DNA of 64,000 bases from contig MCFH01000001.1 of NCBI GenBank assembly GCA_002104945.1, forward strand, positions 1 through 64,000, given 5' to 3'. Positions 21,416 to 34,000 of the stretch are shown piece after piece. Each line of letters starts with the position of its first letter. The stretch's first letter is position 1. The position numbers were made by a program, and so were the translations under genes. The stretch comes from Piromyces finnis finn (Eukaryota > Fungi > Neocallimastigomycota). Below the pieces are notes generated by a model that was given only the letters and a program-made list of their open reading frames with translations, was not told where the DNA came from and ran no database searches.

Positions 21416-23965
21416 CCGTTTGACTTTGGGTGGTAAGTGGATACGAATTGTATAAGTATCATATAGATCTAAAAATATTTTTGTGTAGTCAGAAGTAAAT
21501 TGTACACCATTATCCATTAAGACCAATTGCGGGACACCGTGGCGACTAAATACTTCGGTTAGGAATTCCGTTACATCTTCTGAGGTGGTCGTTGACAACG
21601 CCTTCGCCTCAGGCCATTTTGTAAAATAGTCCACCGCTACAATAATATATTTGTTATCTTGCACAGTAGTCTTTAACGGGCCTATTATGTCCACGGCTAT
21701 TCTGACAAACGGTGCTTCGACTGGTGATGCAAATCTCTCGGTTCTTTCAGGTAGAGGTTGGAACTTCCGTAACTGACAGATTTTACACGTAGAAATATAG
21801 GTTTTTATATCTAAAACCATGTTCTTCCAATAATACTTATCCTTGATCCTTTGGTAAGTTTTCTGCAGTCCTTCATGTGCGATTTTATGGTTTTTCGCGA
21901 TGACCTGGATCTTTTCCAAGGGTTCGTCAACAATCCTTCTTAAGTTATCGTTATCCCTGAAATATAACAGATTATTTATTCTTATTACTCTTTCTTTTAG
22001 AAAGTTTTTCATAACCTCTGAGATATATTTATCATTTTCCTCGTTTTCTTCTTCTGACATTAATTCAGGCATCTTAGTAGGTTCTTCTACAACTTGTTTT
22101 CTCTGTTTCCGAGCTAATAAAGATTCTTCTTCATCACTTTCGCTTTCATTATTTTCTGACTCAAGGTTGGTATCATTTAGTGTACTAACTATTGCATTTG
22201 CGTTCGCTTCCTGACTGTTATCCTCTTTTAATGACATCCGGGATAATGCGTCAGCTACCATGTTTTGGCTAAAGTCATTAGCCCAGCGAGCGTGTTTTGA
22301 AGTTTGAGGTTCATTTTTATTAATGATAGCAACTAGCGGAAGGTGGTCCGTATATAAAATAGTTTTGTACGGATTTCCTAGGACATAATGACGAAATTCC
22401 ATCAGACAATAATGAGCAGCGGTACCTTCCAGTTCAGTAATAGGGTAGTTTAATTCAGCTTTCTTTAGTGCACGACTAGCATACTTTATAGGATGCTCTA
22501 CCCCGTCCTCCAAAAGTTGCAATAATACGCCGCCAATACCACTGAAACTGGCGTCAGAGCGAATAATGAAAGGAATATCATAACGAGGAAAACACAGAAT
22601 AGGGGCAGAGGCCAAATATTCTTTAGCAGCAACGAACGACGAATTACACTCAGAATCCCAAATAAACTTGGCGTCTTTTCTAAGGAGTTTATTTAAGGGG
22701 GCAGTAATAGAAGCAAAGTGATCAATAAATTCCCTATAATAACCAACCATTCCAAGAAAAGAACGAAGTTCAGTAACAGATTTAGGAGGATCTAGTTTGA
22801 GTATATTATCAACCTTAGATTTAATAGGAAGAAGACCATTAATAGAAACAACATGACCCAACACTTCAACTTCCTGTAAACAGAAGTGACACTTCTCAAT
22901 GTTGACCTTTAAACCATTATCGCGAAGGATCTGGAAAACCTTTTTGATATCACGAAGATGTTGTGAGTAAGAAGGAGAATAAATAATTATGTCATCAAGG
23001 TATACTTGAATACAAACATTGAGGAGGTCAAAGAAGATACGATTCATCTCTCTTTGAAAGGTCGCCGGCGCGTTTGTTAAACCAAAAGGCATGACTACGT
23101 AATCAAAATTTCCAAAACGCGTGGTAATAGCTGTAATACATTGGTCTTCTGGTAGCATAGGAATTTGGTGGTATCCACTGAACTGAACAGATCTAAGGCA
23201 GTGAAAAATCTTGCGCCAGTCATGGATTCAAAAGCTTCTCTAATGTTGGGAATAGAGTAAGCATTCTTTACAGTAATATTATTGACTTTTCTATAATCTG
23301 CACAAAGACGCCATTTATTGTGCTTCTTAGGAACCATTACAATGGGAGAAGCCCAAGGGGAATGGGATGGAACAATAAGGCCTTTATCCAGTAGTTTTTG
23401 AAGTTCACCCTTAAGAGCAGCTAGTTGAACTTGTGACAACTTCCTAACTTTAGCTTTAATGGGTTTAGCGCCCTCAACAAGTTCAATGCGGTGTGACCGG
23501 AGTTTTGAACGTTGGAGGTCATCAGTGAAACAAGCAATAACATCACGAAAAGAAAATAGAAGACTTTGAGAATCATCTACAACAATCGGTTCTTCAGACT
23601 TATATGAAGGAATAAGATTATGTAATTCCTCAACTTTACCTAGAATTAAATCCTCCTTATTAAGAATAGGCTCGTTCTTGAGAGCAGCTACAATTTGTTT
23701 CCTATCAGAAGAGGGAAATAAGTAACAGTAATAGCACAAAGAGTTAAAAGAATTAATATCAATAATAGAAGTGAGAGGTTCCTGAGTATCTTGACGTGTC
23801 TTAACACAAACGGTTTTATCGACTGCATCAATAATAATACGTTGATCATGTTGAACTTTCAAACCAATCAGAGCATCATAAAATACGTCGTCATTATCAC
23901 AAATGCGGAATAGGACCGGAAAGGTAAGAGAACCAATACACACATTGAGTTCAACCAAATCAAAG

Positions 23966-24203
23966 TGTAAAATATTGTATTAATAGAATAATGTATTTAA
24001 TACGTATTTAAAATAATGTATAATGTATCAAATTAATGTACCGTAAATTTTCACAAAATTTATATCACAATACATTAACATAAATTTATGTAAATTTTAT
24101 TTTTTATTACAACAATTTACATCACAATACATTGACATAAATTTATGAAAAATTTAATTTTATAAGATAAAGTTTTTGATGATAAAATAAAATTTTAAAT
24201 TAA
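23966..24203 (+). repeat. Truncated family A LTR
   Basis: Matches the start of 1864-2698; preceded by CAAAG, which recurs after the A LTR end at 55800-55804; cut at 24204 by TGTAACGAAT. Confidence 0.9.
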
Positions 24204-24213
24204 TGTAACGAAT

Positions 24214-25765
24214 TGATATAATTTGATAATAATCTTAATGTTGAATTTTACTTCAAAAAGTGATTATTATATTATATCTTTGATTATAACTATATAAGTT
24301 ATATGGATTAGAATTTAAAATTGTTTTTATAAAAATTAATAAAATTGTTGTATTACAAACACTAAATTGTTTTATTAGAAACACTCGTTTTTCTAATATT
24401 TAATTATTGAAAATTTTTTTCATTTAATTATAAAAGTGATTATTAAAATTATAAAAATATCAACTAAACTATATAATATTTCTTTATTAATAATAATAAT
24501 TGTAAAAGGTTTTATATATCAAAACAGATTATGAAATTTTTTTTTACAATAAAACAATAAACACAAAATAAACAAAAAAGAAACAAAAAATAAATTATTT
24601 AAAAAATATCTCTTTTATTAATTTTATTTAGTTATTAACTAAATAATAATCAATAACAATTACATCGTTTTAATCAAGAAATTTTACTTACTTGTATTTA
24701 TATTTTTTGTAAATTATATTTTAATATACTATTTTATTTAATTATACATATATTCAATATAAAATAAACAAAACTAATTTAATACTAATTTAATTAAATA
24801 ATAAAATAATAAAACTAAACTAAAACTAATTAAATACACTTTTGATTCAATTTGAGTAAACTGCAAATTGAATACAGTCCATGTATTACCTATATATTAA
24901 TTAAATATTAATAATGCTATTTATTATATATTTATAATTAAAAATGCTAATTTCAAACTACGCTAAAGTTATTAAACTAATTTTAATTAAATAAAAAACC
25001 TTTTAAGATTTAATTTGAATATTTAAAATATTTAAATTTAATTATCCATTAATTTAAATATTTATCCAAATTTCATTTCTAACTTTGATATTTTAAAATT
25101 AATTTTTATTTAATTATTCCATAAAATTTATACAATAAATTTTATAAACAATTTTTCATTAAAATATCAAAATTATTATTCAATAATTATTAATTAATTA
25201 TTAAATAATTTAAAGATATACTTTATATCTTTACAATAATAATGATTAAAATAAGAATATTTACATGTATTTATGTTTTCTTTTAAGTTTAAACTATTTA
25301 CATTAAAATAATAAAATTAATAACTATTTACAATAAAAGTAATAAAAGGAATTAAAAATAACAATAAAAGAAACAATTAAAAGTTAAAGAATATAAAAAG
25401 TTGTTTATTTTACAATTAATTAAAGTAATAATTATTTTTAATATTTTAATAAAAGTGTTTAATTATATTATTTTATAACATGAATTATTATATTTGTTTA
25501 CTTTTAAAGTGTAATTTACTAACGAAGTTATTAAATATTTAATTTAACAATTAATTTAACAAAAGTTATATATTTTGATCTCGATTAATTAAAGTTTATT
25601 ATTTTCTTTCAATAATTAAAATATATGCAGTGTTAAGGATTAATTTTATTTTAGAATTTTGGTATAGTAATTAATTAAACTATAACTTATTTTAAGTTAC
25701 TTTTAGGGTTAACTTAAAATCAGGTTTAATAATAATTTTATATTTATTAATTTCATTATTTATCA
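24214..25765 (-). repeat. Family E LTR interrupted by a C' solo LTR
   Basis: TGATATAATTTG...ATTTATCA; matches 62062-62870 once 24501-25235 is removed; flanks CGAAT and TGATG do not match. Confidence 0.88.
24501..25235 (-). repeat. Solo LTR, family C'
   Basis: Homologous to 41633-42361; TSD ATAAT. Confidence 0.93.
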
Positions 25766-26174
25766 TGATGCTACGGTTCAAATAAGATATCACAATACAC
25801 TTGAATAGTTATAAAAAAATAAAAATTTATTTAAATTTAATTTTTATTCATTTAATTTATTTTTGATTTTTCAAATTTTAAAATTTTTCTCAAAAATCCT
25901 CGTACTTTTTCCAACTATCCATCATTTGAAATTTAATGATTTTGGATAGTTAAGGATTTAAATTAATTTTATTCATAATATATGGATCATTCACTGTAAC
26001 ATATATTAATTAAATCCTTAATATATATTATGAATAATCTCTTAATATTTGAATAGAAAAATTTTAATATATAATTAATAAATTTTTAATTTATGATATG
26101 TGTAACATTTTTGCATATCATATATTATATATTCAATTATAACATATAATAAAATAGAACCGAGATATATCATT

Positions 26175-26189
26175 TGGTGGAGATATCGG
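26175..26189 (+). promoter_or_regulatory. PBS of D, complementary to the 3' end of tRNA-Ala
   Basis: TGGTGGAGATATCGG two nt after the LTR-terminal CA. The reverse complement ends ATCTCCACCA, as in many eukaryotic tRNA-Ala. Confidence 0.7.
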
Positions 26190-26354
26190 TTCTTTTAGAG
26201 GAGGAAGAAGTTATACAATTTTAATAAATTATATTATTTAGTTTTTTTTTTACATAACATTCTTAATTCTGCAAAATATATATATAAATTATTATTATTT
26301 AATATTGATAATTGAAGTTTCATTCTTATCAATATTGAATTTAACAAAATCGTG

Positions 26355-26555
26355 TCAGCATAAGCAAGCCTTGCAACTCTCAGAAGGGATATAGTAAGGG
26401 TGGTTTTAAGATCCTGAAGCGTGTGACGAAACTTAGATCACGTGAATAGGGTGACAGTAACATAAATCATCGGATGAAAGACCCTTAGGTGTGCAGCTTA
26501 TTATACACATTTTGGTCGGAAATTCAAATTGATAATTGATAATAACAATATTAAA
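26355..26555 (+). ncRNA. Candidate structured leader RNA shared with element H (50070-50265)
   Basis: 75-nt ungapped core 26413-26487 versus 50131-50205 with 65/75 identity; compensatory U-A/C-G pair. Function unknown. Confidence 0.55.
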
Positions 26556-26718
26556 TATTTAAAATTGAAATTTTAAGGATACATAATAAACAAATAATTA
26601 ACATACAATTAATTAAATAAAAAAAAAAAAAATTTTTTTTTAAAAACCTTAATTATTAAGAAAATTGGACTGCACAAAATTATTGAAGCTCTTGTGAAAG
26701 AAGCCAAGGAAAGAAGAA

Positions 26719-28869
26719 TGACGGAACTAAATAACTCTATGTTACTACAATACCGCCTAATGACTCTTCAATGTATTGTCACCTTGACGGATGAAAATCA
26801 TGACATTAATTTATGGCATGATCAATTCCAGTCTTGGTGTCGTATACAAAAGATTACTGCATCCAGGGACATCTACGATTGGTGTCTCATGAGAGTACAA
26901 GGAATGGGTGCTGCAGCAATTAGGGATTTAGTACGTACCGACGCTGAAGGTACTACTGTTTATCCATCCCTTGAAGAAATGAAAGATGCCCTTTTAAGGA
27001 CATATAAATTGTAAAAGTATAAAATTTAAAACAGATTTTATACTTAAAACAAAACAATTTTTATTAACACAAAAATAAAAAATAAAACATTAAATTTTTA
27101 TTTTAAAAATCATTTTATTTAAAACTCTTAAAAAGATTATTAACTATATAATAGTTAATAATTAAAAAATTGAAAATAACAATTACATCGATTTAACAAA
27201 TAAAAATTACATGTATTTATATTTTTTCATAATTATATTCTAATATATTATTCTATTTAAATAAACATATATTTAATATAAAATAAACAAAACTAATTTA
27301 ATTAAATAATAAAATAACAGAACTAAACTAAACTAATTCATTATACTTTTAATTCAATTTGAGTAAATTCAAAATTGAATAAAGCCCATGTATTTTCTAT
27401 AAATTAATTTAATATTATCAATACTATTCTTAATATATTTCCTATTGAAATATAAATAAATCTATTTTTAAAACTAAGTTAAAATTATTAAACTATTCTA
27501 AATTTAAATAAAAAAGTATAATCTATTCTAAAATTAAATAAAAAAGTATTTGAAAAATATTTTAATTATTTAAAATATTTGAAATATTTAAATTTAATTA
27601 AAATTCTTTTATTCCTTAAATTTAAATATTTATCTTAATTTAAATTTAACGGAATTATTATAAAATAATTTATTATTAAATTATTCCATAAAATTTACTC
27701 AAAAATTTTATAATCAGTTTTACTAAATATTAATTTATTATTTAATAATTAATAATTAATTATTAAATAATCTAAAGATATATATTATATCTTTACATAA
27801 ATTAAAGAAGGACCCAGAAGACATTATCAACGAATTAAAATCTTTAAAAATTTCATATCAGGATAATGTCAAAGAATTTAATAAAAAATATATGAAATTA
27901 TTCAATGAATTAGACAAGAACCAACAAACCAGAGTTACGGCCAATGACTACTTAGACTCCATAATTAACCGCACGGACATATGGAGAAGTGTTAAATCGG
28001 AGTTTAAACAGAGAAGAATCTCTTTATCGGAAGCCATGGATGCCGTAGAATTCTATGATGAAATGAATGAAGAATTAAAGTACAAAACAACTCCGCCCAA
28101 TAACAACCAAAGAAATAATTGGTCAAATTTTAATTCTTCAAGTTCCAATAATAACTTTAATAATAATGGGTCTAACAGGAATAACTATAATAATAACAAT
28201 AACAATAATAATAATAACTTTAATAATAGAAATTCTAATCATAAGGTTACTGTTTGCAAATTCTGTCACGAGAGAGGTCACACGAAGTCGGAGTGTTCTG
28301 GATTCGCTCAATTCCAATTTCTTAAGTATAAAGATGAACAAATGAGAAATAACTATAATAATTTTAGCTCAAATTATACTAACTTTAATAATTATCCAGC
28401 CAATAGTCAAAATAATTTTAACCACTCTAGTAATTTTAACTCAAATAAACTTAATTCTAATAAATTTAATTATAATAATAACACTGGATTTAATGACCAA
28501 AACCCTAATAATCAAAGTTTTAATAATCAAAATTTTAATAATTCATATTCTAATAATTTAAATTTCAATGGTCAAAATTATAATAATTTAGGTTCTGCTA
28601 ATTCAAATTTTAATCAAAATTTTAATAATTCTAATTTTAGTAACAGTAACACCAACTTTATTCCTAATAATTTTGATAATTCTGGTTATAACAATTACTA
28701 TAATTCCTATAGTAATAATCCCTTTAGTAATTCTGCTCCGCTCAGAAACTCAGCTACTAATTACCAAAATTATCAAGATAGGAGTTTCAATAACCAGAAC
28801 TTCTATGAAAATTCTGATATTTTCTCCGATAACGAAGACCATCAAAATGATGCCATGCATTTAAACTAA
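26719..28869 (+). pseudogene. gag: Gag of element D, split by solo LTR 27010-27797; Asn-rich C-terminal domain
   Basis: The frame rejoins across the TSD (..LRTYK|LKKDPED..); CKFCHERGHTKSEC knuckle; ends CAT TTA AAC TAA. Confidence 0.85.
27010..27797 (-). repeat. Solo LTR, family C
   Basis: Reverse complement of 20625-21415; TSD TAAAT. Confidence 0.93.
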
Positions 28870-30677
28870 TGCAGGGGATAAATGCTCTCTCCTAAACCAA
28901 AATGCATACCAAGATATGGGAAACTTCTATGTGGATGCCATTAAAAGAAAAGGCACTTCCTTAGAACCTGGTACTGAAATAAGAAAAGCTAAAAGTAATA
29001 CCAGGAATAAAACTTCTTTGCAAGGAATGCCAACTAATAGTTCTGAAGATTCTGAATCCGATATGGAAGAGGATACCTTCAATAGAAAAATTGTAAATCC
29101 ACACTCCCGTAATCGTTCTCCCAGTAAAAACTCTGACGTGGACCAAAATAGTCCTAATAAGTTAACTAATAACTTAAATAATAATAATTCTAACTCTAAA
29201 AATTTATTTTCTAATAATTTAAATAATAATAATGTAAACAATAATAATGTAAATGAAATTAATGTAAATGATAATAATGTATATAATAATGTAATTGATA
29301 ATGAAATTATTAATAAAAATTCTAATATTTTAAAGTATATGGAAAGGACTTCTAAAGATTTTACTAAAACTAGTAGTGTAAAGAATAATAATCCTTCAAA
29401 AATTGTTAATAGTAATCTTCTAATAATTCTAATTTTAATAAATCTAAAACTATTAATAATTCTAATTCTAATTCTAACACTATTTCTATTAATAATCTTA
29501 GTACCAATAATTCCATTAATACTAATTCTAATATTCATAGTAATATTAATAATTCAAAATCAGTCCAAAATATTAATAATAAAGTTAGATTTAAGGATCC
29601 ACTTGTATCACCTGATCACAATAATAAATCTGAGGTTCACATGACTTCTCCTAAAACTAGGAAAGATCGCCACACTATTTTAGTTAATAAAAATAATATT
29701 GAACCATATAATATAGAGAAAGACTTAGCTAATACCAAGTGTAACATTTCGTTTGCCCAAATTCTGGATATTTGTCCTAAACTTAGAAGTGAACTAACTA
29801 AGAACCTTAAACTAGAAAAATTAAAATTTGTTAACTCTATGTATTTTAATGATGATTTTAATTTTTATAATAATATGTAAAGATATAAAGTATATCTTTA
29901 AATTATTTAATAATTAATTAATAATTATTGAATAATAATTTTGATATTTTAATGAAAAATTGTTTATAAAATTTATTGTATAAATTTTATGGAATAATTA
30001 AATAAAGATTAATTTTAAAATATCAAAGTTAGAAATGAAATTTGGATAAATATTTAAATTAATGGATAATTAAATTTAAATATTTTAAATATTCAAATTA
30101 AATCTTAAAAGGTTTTTTATTTAATTAAAATTAGTTTAATAACTTTAGCGTAGTTTGAAATTAGCATTTTTAATTATAAATATATAATAAATAGTATTAT
30201 TAATATTTAATTAATATAGAGGTAATACATGAACTGTATTCAATTTGCAGTTTACTCAAATTGAATCAAAAGTGTATTTAATTAGTTTTAGTTTAGTTTA
30301 TTCATTTTATTATTTAATTAAATTAGTATTAAATTAGTTTTGTTTATTTTATATTGAATATATGTATAATTAAATAGAATAGTATATTAAAATACAATTT
30401 ACAAAAAATATAAATACATGTAAAATTTCTTGATTAAAACAATGTAATTGTTATTGACTATTATTTAGTTAATAACTAAATAAAATTAATAAAAGAGATA
30501 TTTTTTAAATATAATTTATTTTCTTGTTTTTTCTTTATTTTGTGTTGTTGTTTTATTGTAAAAAATTTTATAATCTGTTTTACATTTATAAAACTTTTAC
30601 AATAACAATTACCTTTGTTCTAATAAAACACGTTATAAAATTTTTTTAATAAAACATATTTAATAAATTTTTTTTTA

Positions 30678-30809
30678 CTACCGCGTTTTAGGGACTCTCT
30701 ACCTTGCTTTGAAATTTGCTACCGCGTAATAAAGGATTATCTACCGCGTTTTGGTATTGCTACCGTGTCATTTAGAACGACTACTTTGCTTTAGAGATAT
30801 CTACCGCGT
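30678..30809 (+). repeat. Seven-unit CTACC(G/T)(C/T)G array in the C'1 leader
   Basis: Cores start at 30678, 30699, 30719, 30741, 30760, 30781 and 30801. Confidence 0.85.
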
Positions 30810-31045
30810 CCATCATTGTACTTGTATATATTGTGGATCAACTTTATTTAATCTTCCACCAACATCTACTATTGTACTGCATTTAATTTTGTTACTATAT
30901 TTTTAAGAGCTCGTCTAACACCGTTTGATAGGATAGAGTTACGACGACATCTTAATTAAAATATTGTAAAAAATTAAATAAGTAAATATTAAACATACTG
31001 GAAGAAATAAACCAACTTTTATCTAACCTCCACTTAAACGGAAAT

Positions 31046-34000
31046 ATGGACCGTCAAGGGGCGTCTTTGAGGATAGTTAATGATCCTCCAACTTTCTCAG
31101 GAAGAAGACAAGAACTAGATGGGTTCTTGACCAGGGTTGAACTAGCCATTGAAGCCAACCCTGATAGATTCGCTAATGATGAAGCGAGAGTTCGCTTCTT
31201 AATATCTTACTTTGTTAACAGACCTTTAGAATGGGCCGCTCGTTTACGACAGAACAACGACGCCATTCTAAGAAACTATGATCAATTTATTGCTGTCCTT
31301 CGTATCAATTTCGGGGATCCCAATAATGACACAATTGTTGCAAATGGAAGACTTTGCAATATAAAACAAAGAAAGTTTGGCAAAGTGTTTGAATATATTA
31401 ATGAATTTCAACGCGTTAGCCAAAACTCTAATTTCAATGAAGCAGCGAAGATATATATGTTCACAAAGGGCCTACATCCAAAAATGCGTGAACATTTAGC
31501 AATAGTCAACCCAAATCCTACTCAGCTAGAGCGTCTCTACTCTGATGTCCTTAGCATAGAAAATCTTACTAAGAGAAATGACATCAGCGAATATTATATG
31601 ACGCACCAAGATAGAAGAAATTATAATCGTGACGATCCAATGGATGTTGACCTATATAGGATTAGCAATAGTCAACGAAACGTAAATTACTTCCCATCTC
31701 ACAGAAGTAATTACGTTGAACCTTCTACTACTAGATCGGATTTAAAGAAAAAAGGGGTTTGTTTTTCTTGTGGGAAGTCTGGACACATGCAGTTCAATTG
31801 TCCAAACAGGAAAAAACCTAAGAGTGTTAAGATTATTAAAAGGACTATCTCCGAAGAAGAAGCCAGTTCTTCAACCCCTTCAGTCAAAAGAATTAGACCA
31901 ACCAAAGATGTTACTGAGAATGATTCAAACTTATATAAAATACACAAAAGTGAAAAGAAGAACATCATCGATTTTTATATAAAAACAAACGATATGGAAG
32001 AAGTGAAAGTCAAAGTCCTTATTGATTCCGGCTCTGATTTAAATTTTATTCATCCTGAATTTGCGAGAATTAATAACATTAAGCTTTACAATATCAGGAA
32101 TCCATTTAAAGTTTCTGGTCTTGGTCAAGGTAATTCCACTGTTAGAAAAGAATCCGAAAAGTGTATTCTCCGTTTAAGGAACCATTACGAAGTAATTCAA
32201 CTGTACTCGTTAAGGATTCCCGAAGTCGATGTTATTCTCGGAGTACCTTGGATTGAGAAACATTGTCCAGTTTATTATCATGATTCCTCAAAAATTGCCT
32301 TTAGCTCCGGATACTGTGCTCGACACTGTAATGTAGGCAAAAGGAGAAATAAGGGTACAACCAATATGGATAAGAAATCGATGCCATCATCAAGAAAAGG
32401 GAAAGAAGCTGCATTGGATAACGAAAATGAACAATCCTCTTGCATTGACCGTGGTTTTTCCGACTATGACGAATCCTTTTGTTGTGACTCTAGTGATGAC
32501 GAAGAAACTGTTAATATCAGGGGCCGTAGAACCTCCGTTAAAACCATTAGTAACTTAGATAGTTGTAATAAAATCAAATTTAGTGATAGTTTAAATAGCA
32601 ATAATAATAATAATAACAATAATTGTAATTTTAAATGTACATGTAATAATATTAATTGTATTGATGATAATTTAAATAAAGATAATAATTCGGTCACTGG
32701 ACCAAAACAATACTCATTTTCAAAAGAAGTGTTTAATAATAACAATTTTTGTGTATTAAATTCCGTTAGTAACTGTAATGATTTATCTTGTAATATATAT
32801 TAATAAATGTAAAACTGAAAATAATAATTTGAATAAAGATAAAAAGCCTGTTGAAATCCCAAATCAATATTTATTATTTAAAAAGGTTTTTAATGAAAAG
32901 AATTGTAATATTTTACCTCCACATAGTGAATACGATTGTGAAATCAGATTAAAGGATAATTCTAATTTGTTTTATGGTCCTCTTTATCCTTTAACTGAGG
33001 CAGAGAGAGATGAATTAAAATGTTATATTAAAGAAAATTTGGAAAAAGGTTTCATTAGGAAATCTACATCTCCTGCCGGAGCACCAGTTTTATTTGTCAA
33101 AAAGAAAGATGGGTCATTAAGACTATGCGTTGATTATAGGAAACTTAATAATATGACCATTAGAAATTCATATCCTCTTCCATTAATTGGTGACTTATTG
33201 GATAGAGTGAAGGGTGCAAAGTACTTTACTAAATTGGACTTAAAGTCTACTTATAATTTAGTAAGAATCAAAGAGGGTGATGAATACAAAACTGCCTTTA
33301 GAACAAGATATGGGCATTTTGAATATCTCGTCATGCCTTTTGGTTTAAAGAATGCACCAGCTACTTTCCAACATTTCATAAATGATGTCCTTAGTGATTA
33401 TTTGGATGATTTTGCTATATCATATATTGATGATATTCTAATATATTCAAATAGCCTAGAAGAACATCATGAACATGTTAAAAAAGTATTGAAAAAATTA
33501 TTAGAAAATAATTTATATGTAAAGTTAGAGAAGTGTGAGTTTGATGTTTCAGAAACCACTTTTCTTGGTTATGTATTATCCAAAGATGGTCTGAAAATGG
33601 ATAGAGATATAGTTAAAGCTATCCTTGACTGGCCTGTTCCTACAAATGTTAAAGAAGTCCAATCTTTTATTGGATTATGGATTATGCAATTATTATAGAA
33701 TTTTTATTAAAGACTTTGCAAAAATCGTAAGTCCTTTACATAAACTTACTAGGAAAAATGTTTCTTTTAATTGGGCTTCTGAGTGTCAAAATGCATTTGT
33801 TATACTTAAAAAGGCTTTTACTTCTGCTCCTATTTTAATGAACCCTGATAGCAACAAACCTTTTATTGTGGAGACTGACGCTAGTAACTTTGCAGTCGGT
33901 GCAATTCTTTCACAAGAGTTTGAAGGGCAATTGCACCCTATTGCTTTTATTTCATCTTGCTTAACCAAGTTTCAAAGAAATTATCAAATTTATGATAAAG

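Larger units (their letters stand above)
19253..23965 (-). mobile_element. pol: Element B2: inverted second copy of B-family pol, split by two solo LTRs and by the 23966-55799 block; resumes for 9 nt at 55800-55808
   Basis: ORFs 23958-23095, 23158-21329 and 19762-19340 match B pol. The 3' end is joined to the middle of its LTR via ACA microhomology at about 19347. Confidence 0.92.

Noticed and set aside
26413-26487. Assignment of the leader modules to hammerhead, HDV-like or group II domain V
   Set aside because: CUGAAGC lacks the hammerhead A9 and a correctly placed GAAA, there is no catalytic C before GAA for HDV, and no domain V upper stem can form.
32690-32803. Programmed frameshift between Gag-protease and RT in C'
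   Set aside because: The break is at different positions in C'1 (about 32795) and C'2 (about 45580), and each copy is intact where the other is broken. The related element A is single-frame.
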